A DNA stretch of 64,000 nucleotides, taken from NCBI GenBank assembly GCA_963828255.1, contig CAWHDZ010000015.1:32001-96000 (forward strand), in the 5' to 3' direction. How positions within the stretch are numbered: position 1 is the stretch's first letter; the number at the start of each line of letters is the position of its first letter. Both the position numbers and the translations under genes were made by a program. Positions 30,387-38,989 of the stretch are shown piece by piece. Source of the stretch: an uncultured delta proteobacterium. GTDB lineage: Bacteria > Myxococcota > Myxococcia > Myxococcales > Anaeromyxobacteraceae. Under the pieces are notes generated by a model. That model saw only the letters and a list, made by a program, of their open reading frames with translations. It was not told the DNA's origin and made no database searches.

Positions 30387-33300
30387 CCGGGGAGACGGTC
30401 GCCTCGCGGTCGAAGTGCGAAGGGGGGATGGGGAGGCGGGCCGCTCGCCGGCTCCGCCGGGCTGCCCTCGTAGGTGCCCGGGGTCAGCCGCATCTCCTTG
30501 AGGACGAGGGACAGCGGCCCGACGGCGGTGTCCCGCTCGAGGACCGCGCCGCCCATCACGGTGGCGCCGAAGTCCACGGTGCAGCGATCCTCGATGCGGG
30601 TCCGCTTCACCTTCAGCATCATGTTCTCGAAGCTGTGGAACTGCAGGAAGCCGTCGATGACGCAGTCGTCGCCGAAGCGCACCGCGTTCCAGTCGGAGCA
30701 CTGGCGCGGCTGGGTCACGATCGTGCGGCGGCCGATCCTGCAGCCCATCCACCGGAGGACGGGGTTCGCGAGGACCGTCCCGGCGGTGAACTCCAGGGGC
30801 CGCCTGCACCATGCGATGAAGCAGTCCTGCGCGAAGAAGTAGGCGAGGTGGCGCCACGACCAGAAGGGCGTCGCGTGATCGGCTCCCCAGACGCGCCCGA
30901 CGAGGGCCGCCTTGACCGCTACGGAGAGCACGACGAGGCCGACCTCCGCGAGGATTGCCGCGGCCACCGCGCTCGCGATCGGATGCCCCACGAACCGCAA
31001 CAGGTGGACGTAAGCGATCGCGAAGACGAGCCCCTCGGCGAAGCGCAGCAGGCCGATGGCGAAGAGGTCGTTCAGGAAGACCCGGACGGCGAAGAGACCG
31101 AAGCCGGGCAGCTCGCGGGCCACCTCCCCCGCCTGGACCGGCGCGCTCCCGAACCTCACCGGCGGATTGCCCGCCACGGTGATGGGCTCGCCGGGCCGCG
31201 ACCGCATCTGTCTCCGGAACTGGATGTCGCTCGCCGGCGTGGAGACGCCCAGGAGGAAGTTGGAGGGGAGGTTCCCGTGCTCCGCCACGCAGTTGTTGCC
31301 GCTGAAGAAGTTTCGGGGCAGGTCGAGCGGGCGAAGCGTGAGGTGCTCGGGCCCCGGGTCCAGCATGCTCGTCATGGACCCGTTGCACCAGAACGCCTGG
31401 GAGTCGGCGCTGACGAGTTCCGGGACGAGGTTGATGAGGACGTCGCATTCCGAGGCGCCCACCCTCGGGAAGCGCACGCCGGCAAGTGCCCGGAGGTACT
31501 GCCCGATGACGGTCCAGGTCCAGAGCGCCTGGATGCCGTTCATCTTCTTCATCCGGTACAGGAGGAGCGCGCCCCGGAGCCCGTGCGAGGGGTAGAGCCC
31601 CGGCGAGGCGGCCGTGAAGCGGAGGAAGAGGCAGCCCAGCAGCGAGGTCGCGACGGCGGTGACCCAGGTGGTCACGAACGCGTAGATCGCGAGGTGCCAG
31701 GCGACCTCGGACAGCGGGGTCACCTGGAAGTACGCGCTGCGGAGCCCGGCCTCCCCCGCAAACGCGAGGTCGCGGGCGATCCAGAGGATTGCAGCGGCGG
31801 GGACCACCGTCAGGCAGAGGGAAAGGAACGTCTGCATGAGGACGTTGGCGGTCTCGAGCAGCCAGATCGGGTGCGCGTACCGGCAGGCGTTCGCCGTTCG
31901 CTCCAGCCTCGTGCAGCGGCCGACGCGTCGCGCGGGCGCTCCCTCCCAAATCTCCCCGGGACCCACGTCTCCGTGGACGGGGGTCAAGGGGGTGACCCAC
32001 GCGCCTGCACCCACGGTCGTGCCGGGGGCCACGCCGGCACGTGTCCCGATCCTGCAGCGGCTCTCCAGGCGGACGGGACCGACGTGCAGATGCGGCCCCG
32101 ACCACCTCGTCGCCTGGACGTAGGCCCCGGTCGAGATGGAGACGTCGTCCCCCATGGAGATCAGGTCCAGGGGACCGGAGAGGGAGGCGTCGTGCGCGCA
32201 CTGGACGTTCCGCCCCACCGTCGCGCCGAGCCGCCGCAGCACGTAGGAGAGAAGGGGCGCGCTGCGGTACATCGTGCCCAGCGACTGGAGGACCGTGCGC
32301 TCCATCCGGCCGATGCACCAGACCTTCAGGTGCATCCGGCTCCACTTGCGGTAGATGCCCGGGGCCACGCGGGTCCCGAGAAGGACCTTCCCGAGCAGGC
32401 GCTTGAGCGCCAGGACCCAGAGCAGGGCGGCGAAGGGCGCGGCGAGCCCCACCATGTACAGGAAGGCCCCGAAGGCGAGGTACTCCTGAAGGTTGGCGGT
32501 CGCGAAGAAGGCGCCGGCGTCGATGAGGCCCAAGGAGACGAAGGCGACCGCCAGCGCCGGCGCGTACAGGACCAGCGCGAAGAGGACTTGCAGCGCGGTG
32601 AAGGCCCCCACGGACAGCACCGGGTCGCTCTCGGGGGCGATGCGGCTCTCGTCGGACCTCACGGGCGGTGACGAAGCCTCCGGCGCAGGCCGGGGAGCCC
32701 GCGGGCGGCTGGCCACCTTCCTTGCCGTGTCGCAGTCCCCGAGGAGATCCCGGACCTGCACCGCCCATCCCGCGGCCTGGAGGCGCTGCGTCAGCCGCGC
32801 CATGGTGATCGAGTCGCCGCCTGCCCGGGCGAAGCCGTCGTCCGGCCCCAGAGGACCCGGGAAGACGGCCCTGCAGATGGTCAGGGCCTCCTCGCACGCG
32901 GGGGCCAGGCCGGCATCGGCGTCCCGCGGCCGGGCCGGACCGCCCTCCTGATCCGGCGCGCGTTCCGGGGATTCCGTGCCGGCGCCGGCCGCCTCCGATC
33001 CCGCCTCGCCCGGGGGACGAGGGAGTCTCGGGAGGCGCCTGCGGTCGATCTTCCCCGAGGCCGGCTGCAGGAAGAACCCCTCCACGAGGAAGATCCGGGT
33101 CGGGACCGACGGCGCGGGAAGCTGGCGGGCGAGGGTCGCCGTCACCTGCGCCGCCCACTGGGCTGGGGCCTGAGCGACCGCCGGGGCCCCTCTATCTCGA
33201 ATCGACGGCGCGACGACGAAGGCGACGAGCGCGTCGCCCTGGGCGTCGACGACGGCGGCCTCGATCTCGCCGAACTGCGTCTGGAGGACGTCCTCGACCG

Positions 33301-34702
33301 CCTGCGCCTCGACGCGGTGGCCGCGCACCTTGAGCTGCGCGTCGATCCGGCCGAGGAAGTGCACGCGCTGCGTCCGGATGTCGATCCGGCAGCGATCGCC
33401 GGTCCGGTAGAGGCGGCCGAACCGGGGGTGGGTGATGAACTTCTCGGCGGTCATCTCGGGGAGGTTGCGGTACCCCCGCGCGACGTGCACGCCGCCGACG
33501 CAGAGCTCCCCCACCTCCCCGTGGGGCAGCGGGCGGAGACCGCCGACCTCGAGGACGACGTAGGTGACGTTGGGAAAGGGGGAGCCGATGGTGACGGGCT
33601 CCCCCGGACGCAGGCTCTGACGGCTCGTGTCGGTGCTCGCCTCGGTGGGGCCGTAGGTGTTGATGATCTGCCGCCGTCCCCGGGTCCACGGCTCCACGAG
33701 CGCGCTGGGGAAGGCCTCACCGGCGGGCACGACGTAGCGGCACAGCGGATAGGGCAGGTCCAGCTCGGGCGCCTGCGTGAGGGTGGTGAGGAGAACCGGC
33801 GGGCAGAAGAGCACCGTGACCTCCGCCTGGCGGAGGATGGGGAGGAGGTCCGGGCCGGACCGGACCTCCTCCTTGGTGAGCAGGACCACGGCGCAGCCCG
33901 ACACCCAGGCGCCGTACATCTCGGAGATGCTGCCGTCGTAGCCGAGGGACGAGGTGAGCGAGCTCGCGTCGAGGCCGGGGAGGAGATCGAAGTAGTCGGC
34001 GTAGGTGAGGGCCAGGTTCACGTAACCCGCGTGTGGACACTCGACGCCCTTGGGCATCCCGGTGGTCCCGCTCGTGTAGAAGATCGTCGCGAGGCGCTGC
34101 GCGGGGTCGTCCAGCCACGGCGGCGGCTCTCGCCGGCGCGGCTTCTCCGGGAGCCTGAGGACGTCGAGCGTCGGCAGGCCGCGGAAGCCGTCATGGCCCC
34201 GCGTGAGGACGACCACCGGCCGCGCGTCGTCGATCATGTGGCGGATCAGGGCGTCCGGCAGGGTCGTGTCGAGGAACACCACGGTGCCGCCGGCCTTGAG
34301 GATGCCGAGGTGAGAGGCCACGATCTGCCAGTTGTCCTGCGACATCGCGACGGCCACGACCTGGTCCGGGCCCGTGAGGTAGGGAGAGACGGCGCCGGCG
34401 ATCGCCTCCGCGCGCGCGTCGAGCTCGGCGAAGGTGAGGGAATCTCCGGTGTGCGGGATCTGCAGGGCCGGGAGATCCGGGAACCGCCTGGCGGAGCGGC
34501 TGAAGATCTCCGTGAGCCACCGGGCCCCGGCCTGGTGCGGCGCGTTCACGAGGTGGCGATCGCCGAAGACCTCGGTCAGGCCGTACGGGCAGGTGTCCTC
34601 CGGCCCGCGCGGTGCCCGGGCCGCCCGGAGATACAGCCGCCACGCGACGAAGGTCAGACCGACGAGGACCGCGAAGGCGGCTGTCACGAGGATGGCTGGC
34701 AC
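30383..34702 (-). CDS. Pls/PosA-family single-module membrane NRPS-like poly(amino acid) synthetase
   Basis: A-domain motifs YTSGTTGMPKG, YDGS, NTYGPTE, YRTGD, GRIDAQLKVRGHRVE, SGKIDR; T domain GGDS; then TM pairs alternating with three hexapeptide (left-handed beta-helix) regions; no C or TE domain. Confidence 0.9.
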   Translation of the reverse strand: MPAILVTAAFAVLVGLTFVAWRLYLRAARAPRGPEDTCPYGLTEVFGDRHLVNAPHQAGARWLTEIFSRSARRFPDLPALQIPHTGDSLTFAELDARAEAIAGAVSPYLTGPDQVVAVAMSQDNWQIVASHLGILKAGGTVVFLDTTLPDALIRHMIDDARPVVVLTRGHDGFRGLPTLDVLRLPEKPRRREPPPWLDDPAQRLATIFYTSGTTGMPKGVECPHAGYVNLALTYADYFDLLPGLDASSLTSSLGYDGSISEMYGAWVSGCAVVLLTKEEVRSGPDLLPILRQAEVTVLFCPPVLLTTLTQAPELDLPYPLCRYVVPAGEAFPSALVEPWTRGRRQIINTYGPTEASTDTSRQSLRPGEPVTIGSPFPNVTYVVLEVGGLRPLPHGEVGELCVGGVHVARGYRNLPEMTAEKFITHPRFGRLYRTGDRCRIDIRTQRVHFLGRIDAQLKVRGHRVEAQAVEDVLQTQFGEIEAAVVDAQGDALVAFVVAPSIRDRGAPAVAQAPAQWAAQVTATLARQLPAPSVPTRIFLVEGFFLQPASGKIDRRRLPRLPRPPGEAGSEAAGAGTESPERAPDQEGGPARPRDADAGLAPACEEALTICRAVFPGPLGPDDGFARAGGDSITMARLTQRLQAAGWAVQVRDLLGDCDTARKVASRPRAPRPAPEASSPPVRSDESRIAPESDPVLSVGAFTALQVLFALVLYAPALAVAFVSLGLIDAGAFFATANLQEYLAFGAFLYMVGLAAPFAALLWVLALKRLLGKVLLGTRVAPGIYRKWSRMHLKVWCIGRMERTVLQSLGTMYRSAPLLSYVLRRLGATVGRNVQCAHDASLSGPLDLISMGDDVSISTGAYVQATRWSGPHLHVGPVRLESRCRIGTRAGVAPGTTVGAGAWVTPLTPVHGDVGPGEIWEGAPARRVGRCTRLERTANACRYAHPIWLLETANVLMQTFLSLCLTVVPAAAILWIARDLAFAGEAGLRSAYFQVTPLSEVAWHLAIYAFVTTWVTAVATSLLGCLFLRFTAASPGLYPSHGLRGALLLYRMKKMNGIQALWTWTVIGQYLRALAGVRFPRVGASECDVLINLVPELVSADSQAFWCNGSMTSMLDPGPEHLTLRPLDLPRNFFSGNNCVAEHGNLPSNFLLGVSTPASDIQFRRQMRSRPGEPITVAGNPPVRFGSAPVQAGEVARELPGFGLFAVRVFLNDLFAIGLLRFAEGLVFAIAYVHLLRFVGHPIASAVAAAILAEVGLVVLSVAVKAALVGRVWGADHATPFWSWRHLAYFFAQDCFIAWCRRPLEFTAGTVLANPVLRWMGCRIGRRTIVTQPRQCSDWNAVRFGDDCVIDGFLQFHSFENMMLKVKRTRIEDRCTVDFGATVMGGAVLERDTAVGPLSLVLKEMRLTPGTYEGSPAEPASGPPPHPPFALRPRGDRLPG

Positions 34703-34742
34703 GATCCCGCCCCGGCGGCAGAGCTTGCCCGGAGCCTCCCCT

Positions 34743-35792
34743 CTAGTCGAAGTACCGCTGAAGCGTTCCGGCCCGGCGGACGTCGAGGGTGACGCAGTGG
34801 GGCCCGCCGCCCAGCATCTTGGCGTGCCGCAGCTTCACTGGGACGACGTCGAGCCCCTCCTTCTCCAGGAGCTTCCGCAGGGCGGTCTGGTCCCGATCGA
34901 CCATGACCACGTCCGGGCTGACGCTGAAGAGGTTCATGTCGATCCAGTCGCTGCCGATGCTCTTCGACAGGTAGTCGGCGTCGAATCGGTTCGTGTTCTC
35001 CATGGGCGGGCTGTAGATGACCTTCCACTGCTTCAGGACCCCGGGCAGGGTGTCGTCGCTGACGCGGGCCGGATTGCACAGGATCAGGCCGGGGCGCAGG
35101 GCCACGAAGGTCGAGTCGATGTGGCTCCCGTAGTACACGTCCTCGAGGAAGTGGACCCGGAACTCATCGCCGAGGATCGCCTGCAGCCAGCGGCCTCCCA
35201 GCTCGTTGCCCGTGGAGCTGACGAGGTAGATCAGGTCACGGCCGAGACGCAGGACGTTCGCCGCGTCGAACGCGGGCTCGTCGTTCCGGGGAGTGGGCTT
35301 CGCCAGGTCGACGTCGAAGAGCGAGTCGAGGAGCATGGGCCGGGGGGCGCTGAACCAGCGCGCGCCCGACCTCAGGTACTCCATCAGCAGCGCGCGATAG
35401 CTGAAGGTCTCCTGGGCGCGGCTCCGGATGACGTTGGGGGTCTCGATGATCCGATCGCCGATCACCAGCAGGATGTCGCGGGGGCAGTAGTTGTAGTAAC
35501 CCTGGGCCTCCCAGTGGACGGTGGAGAAGCGGGCCTCGTGCGGCCAGGTCTCCGGGCGCCGGACGGCGACCCCCAGGCCTCGCAGGATGCTGACGAACTC
35601 GTCCAGGTCCTCCGCCGTCTCCTCGACGATCCGCTGCGGGAACGGGCCGCGCGGAATCTCGGCCAGCGAGCGGTCGGGAAACTCGGCCAGCTGCGTGCTC
35701 GGGTCCGGCGTGGGAAACCGCGCGCCCACCGGGTTGCCGACGATGACCTCCTCCAGCGGATCCCACTCGTTGCAGCTCCAGACCCGTGACAT
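34743..35792 (-). CDS. amidinotransferase (glycine/inosamine-phosphate amidinotransferase family)
   Basis: NEWDPLEEVIVG, YCPRD, FDAAN, HIDST, GGGPHCVTLD (Asp-His-Cys triad). Confidence 0.92.
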   Translation of the reverse strand: MSRVWSCNEWDPLEEVIVGNPVGARFPTPDPSTQLAEFPDRSLAEIPRGPFPQRIVEETAEDLDEFVSILRGLGVAVRRPETWPHEARFSTVHWEAQGYYNYCPRDILLVIGDRIIETPNVIRSRAQETFSYRALLMEYLRSGARWFSAPRPMLLDSLFDVDLAKPTPRNDEPAFDAANVLRLGRDLIYLVSSTGNELGGRWLQAILGDEFRVHFLEDVYYGSHIDSTFVALRPGLILCNPARVSDDTLPGVLKQWKVIYSPPMENTNRFDADYLSKSIGSDWIDMNLFSVSPDVVMVDRDQTALRKLLEKEGLDVVPVKLRHAKMLGGGPHCVTLDVRRAGTLQRYFD

Positions 35793-35850
35793 CGGTTGCC
35801 GCGCCTCCTCGCCCGCGATCCCGGAAGCTCCCCGCTCCGGGCGGGCCACT

Positions 35851-36576
35851 CTAGCACGCGCGGCCGGGACCGAAGCGCCGCCCCGGGGCCGCCTCGGGAC
35901 CCAGCGTTCGCAGCTCGACGGACGCGCCGGCAACCCGGGCCGCCAGCGCGGCCACGTGGCCCGGGGCGCTCAGGTCGATCAGGGTCCAGTCCGACGGGAG
36001 GGTGCCTCCGTCGAGGGTCGCGAGGATCGCTGCCTCGCGGCCCAGCGAAACGGTCAGCTCGGCGAGCGGTGCCGAGATCCCGATCCCCAGCGCCTTCAGC
36101 ACGGCCTCCTTCCGGGTCCACCCCCGCAGGAACGCCCCGGACTTGTCCACCGCCTCCGCGAGCTCGCGCCGCTCGGGCTGGGAGAAGACCCGCTCCGAGA
36201 GGCCCTCCCAGTCCGGCACCGGGGCCTCGCGCTCGGCGTCGATGCCGACGTCGAAGCCGGTGGCGACGGCGATCAGGGCGCGCCCGTGCGTGTGCGAAAC
36301 GCTGAAGCGGACGGCGGCATCGGCTGCGTCGATCTCGGGTTTCCCCCTCGGCCCGTAGCGGAAGCGAAGGTCTTCGGGGCGGGTGGCGAGCCGCTCTCCG
36401 AGGACGAGGCGGAGCGCCGCGCGGCAGGCGATGAACCGGTCGCGGTGCACGTCGCGCAGGAAGGTGCTCGCACGGCCCCGCTCGTCCGGCGAGAGCAGCC
36501 GCGCCAGCCGCGGGACGCGCTCGCGGAGGGACTCGAGATCGAGCTGCCACACGGTGACGCTGCGGTCGTGGATCAT
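35851..36576 (-). CDS. Sfp-type 4'-phosphopantetheinyl transferase
   Basis: GKP, FSVSHT, VGIDAE, WTRKEAVLKALG. Confidence 0.93.
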   Translation of the reverse strand: MIHDRSVTVWQLDLESLRERVPRLARLLSPDERGRASTFLRDVHRDRFIACRAALRLVLGERLATRPEDLRFRYGPRGKPEIDAADAAVRFSVSHTHGRALIAVATGFDVGIDAEREAPVPDWEGLSERVFSQPERRELAEAVDKSGAFLRGWTRKEAVLKALGIGISAPLAELTVSLGREAAILATLDGGTLPSDWTLIDLSAPGHVAALAARVAGASVELRTLGPEAAPGRRFGPGRAC

Positions 36577-36589
36577 GCCGCTTCCGGCG

Positions 36590-37588
36590 CTAGGAATCGA
36601 GCGGGGCGAAGAAGTCCGGCACCGGGACCGCCTCTCCGGCAGCGAGGGCGCGGTCGTACAGCCACTTTCCCACCGCCACGTCCAGGACGCCGAGGCCGAA
36701 CGGGGAGAAGACGACGGCCTTTCCGTGGTCGACGGCGCAGCGCCCCTCCAGGACGTCCGCCAGCGTCCCGGCGACGAAGGACCGTGAGCCGACCTGCTTC
36801 TCGGCGAGGTGCACCGAGGTCTCCGCGCGCATCACGTGGTCGACGTCGTCGACCACGTTGCAGGCCTTCAGGATGAGCTCCGGCGCCAGGTCGCGCAGGG
36901 AGAGGTGGAGCACGACCGGGCGATGGGCCAGGAACTGCGGGTCATGGATGTGCGGCGCCGGGGCGACCGTCGTCAGGAGCACCAGGTCCGCGCCCCGCGA
37001 GGCCGACGCGAGATCCGGCATCACCTCGACGGGTGCCTGCCCGCCGCCCAGTCGGCTGGCGAAGCGCCTCGCCGCGAGGGGGTCGAGGTCGTAGGCCCGG
37101 ACGTTCCCGAGGGTCCAGCCGGTTCCGAGAAGGAAGCGGAGGACGTACCGCGCGATGAGCCCGGTGCCGACGACGGCGAGGGTCCGGGCGTGGCGCCCCC
37201 CGGGCACGAGGTGCTCGGCCGCGAGCGCCGCGGACGCCGCCGTTCGCGCAGCCGAGAGGATCGATCCCTCCAGGCAGGCGATGGGGTAGCCGCTCTCGTC
37301 GTCGTTGAGGATCAGGACGGCGGAGGCGCGGGCGAGCCCGCGGGAGACGTTGTCGGGGTAGCTCGAGATCCACTTCATGCCCGACACCCGCCAGGGCGCT
37401 CCGAGGTGGGCCGGCAAGCCGATGATGCGGGCGCTGGGCCTCGCCGGGAAGCGCAGGAACACGCTGTGAGGCATCGAGGTCAGGCCGTGCGCGTGGGCGA
37501 GGTACGCGCGCTTCACCACGTCGACGCAGCCCGGGAGGTCCTCGTCGAGGAGGCGCGCGATCGTCGGTCCGGTGACGACGTGGAACAT
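36590..37588 (-). CDS. sbnB: 2,3-diaminopropionate biosynthesis protein SbnB (ornithine cyclodeaminase family)
   Basis: PHSVFLRFP..RIIGLPAHL, KWISSYPDN, SAARTAASA, LSLRDL, FSPFGLGVLD. Confidence 0.9.
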   Translation of the reverse strand: MFHVVTGPTIARLLDEDLPGCVDVVKRAYLAHAHGLTSMPHSVFLRFPARPSARIIGLPAHLGAPWRVSGMKWISSYPDNVSRGLARASAVLILNDDESGYPIACLEGSILSAARTAASAALAAEHLVPGGRHARTLAVVGTGLIARYVLRFLLGTGWTLGNVRAYDLDPLAARRFASRLGGGQAPVEVMPDLASASRGADLVLLTTVAPAPHIHDPQFLAHRPVVLHLSLRDLAPELILKACNVVDDVDHVMRAETSVHLAEKQVGSRSFVAGTLADVLEGRCAVDHGKAVVFSPFGLGVLDVAVGKWLYDRALAAGEAVPVPDFFAPLDS

Positions 37589-38619
37589 CAGGGCCTGCTG
37601 ACCGCCACGCGCAGCCTCGGCGATTCGTCGGCCGCCCGCGAGCCGGCGCCGGAGGCCGGGGACTCCCCGGGGGCCGACCCGAGGCGATCGAAGACGTTGT
37701 GGAGGTACCCGGCGCCGCCGTCGCAGCAGAGGAAGAGCACGCGGGGTCGCACCCTCGTCGTCTCGCCGGCGAAGTACCTCCGGATCGCGGCGTAGCAGCT
37801 CCCCGACGACCCGCCCACGAACAGGCCGTGCCGCTCGAGCAGCTCGTGGCATGCACCGATCGTTTCGGCCTCCGGCACGATCACGACGTCGTCGATGAGC
37901 GCGTGCTGCAGCAGGGCAGGGCGGATGCTCGAGCCCAGCCCCGGGATCCGACGCGGCTTGGGCGGATGCCCGAAGATGACGGAGCCCTCCGAGTCCACCG
38001 CGACGATCTTCACGCGCGGGTCGTGCTCCTTCAGGCGCCTGGAGACGCCGGCGATCGTCCCGGCGGTGCTCACCGCGACGAAGACGTAGTCGACGGACGG
38101 AAGGGCCTCGACGATCTCGCCGGCCGTCAGGCGGTAGTGCGCATCGATCGCATCGGTGTTGCCGTACTGGTTCGGCCAGTAGGCGCCGGGGATCTCCGCC
38201 AGGAGGGCGCGGACCATCTGCAGGCGCGACTTGAGGTAGCCGCCCGCGTCGTCCGGCTCGCTGACCTTGACCACCCGGGCGCACTGGGCCCCCAGGGACG
38301 CCTCGAGGAGCGGTGACGTGTTCGGGTCGATGACCGGGATGAAGTCGAGGTCCAGCATGGCGGCGAAGAGGGCCAAGGCGCGGCCGAAGTTCCCGGACGA
38401 GGATTCGACGAGGGTCGTCCCCGGACCGATCTCCCCCCGCTCGATGGCTCGCTTGAGGATCCAGAGCGCCGGCCTGTCCTTCAGGCTGCCGAGCCCGTTC
38501 AGGAACTCGAGCTTGGCGAACAGGTCGAGGCGGTCGTCGGCGACTCGCACGACCGGTGTTGGCCGGAGCATCCGCTCCAGCATCGCGACCCGGTCGAGGA
38601 GGCGGCCCTTTCGGGTCAT
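37588..38619 (-). CDS. sbnA: 2,3-diaminopropionate biosynthesis protein SbnA (PLP-dependent cysteine-synthase family)
   Basis: KLEFLNGLGSLKDR, ESSSGNFG, GGYLKSRL, NQY, AVSTAGT, RRIPGLGSS; translationally coupled to sbnB. Confidence 0.9.
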   Translation of the reverse strand: MTRKGRLLDRVAMLERMLRPTPVVRVADDRLDLFAKLEFLNGLGSLKDRPALWILKRAIERGEIGPGTTLVESSSGNFGRALALFAAMLDLDFIPVIDPNTSPLLEASLGAQCARVVKVSEPDDAGGYLKSRLQMVRALLAEIPGAYWPNQYGNTDAIDAHYRLTAGEIVEALPSVDYVFVAVSTAGTIAGVSRRLKEHDPRVKIVAVDSEGSVIFGHPPKPRRIPGLGSSIRPALLQHALIDDVVIVPEAETIGACHELLERHGLFVGGSSGSCYAAIRRYFAGETTRVRPRVLFLCCDGGAGYLHNVFDRLGSAPGESPASGAGSRAADESPRLRVAVSRP

Positions 38620-38632
38620 TGCGAGACTCCTC

Positions 38633-38980
38633 CTACTGCGGCGCGGGAACCACGACGTAGTAGGGCCCGAAATCGCTCCCCTTCAACCAGTTCGGCCCGC
38701 AAACCTGGAAAGGCTCCCCCTTGACGGACACCGAGGTGCAGCCCGATGGGAGCTCGCTCAGCTGCGTGTTCATCGGGAGCTTGGTGGTCAAGGGGGCCGG
38801 AGGACGAGGGGGCGGCGGCGCGACGTAGACCGGCGGCGGAGCGTAGTAGACGGGCGGCGGCGCGTAGTAGACGGGGCGCGGGGCGTAGTAGACAGGGGCG
38901 CGGACGACGACCCACGCCGCGGTGGGGCGCGGCAGGGCCACGACCAGGGTGACGGCGAGGGCGAGGAGGCTGGCGCGCAT
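38633..38980 (-). CDS. secreted Pro/Tyr-rich repeat protein
   Basis: Signal peptide; (PVYYAP) heptad repeats; LPSGC..C..YYVVVPAP C-terminus. Confidence 0.75.
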   Translation of the reverse strand: MRASLLALAVTLVVALPRPTAAWVVVRAPVYYAPRPVYYAPPPVYYAPPPVYVAPPPPRPPAPLTTKLPMNTQLSELPSGCTSVSVKGEPFQVCGPNWLKGSDFGPYYVVVPAPQ

Positions 38981-38989
38981 GCGGGGCTC

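Noticed and set aside
29556..33158. 1200-aa ORF suggesting a giant fusion
   Set aside because: Only the last 276 aa (from ATG 30386) look coding; the rest is an alternate frame over the NRPS
34743..35792. Amidinotransferase as an aminoglycoside (StrB) or saxitoxin/cylindrospermopsin marker
   Set aside because: No cyclitol, sugar or PKS genes in the window
36590..38619. sbnAB read as a staphyloferrin B siderophore locus
   Set aside because: No NIS (IucA/IucC) synthetases, decarboxylase or TonB receptor; the neighbours are a PPTase and a Pls-type NRPS
38815..38905. 21-bp periodic repeats resembling a mini-CRISPR
   Set aside because: They encode in-frame PVYYAPP heptads; there are no unique spacers and no cas genes
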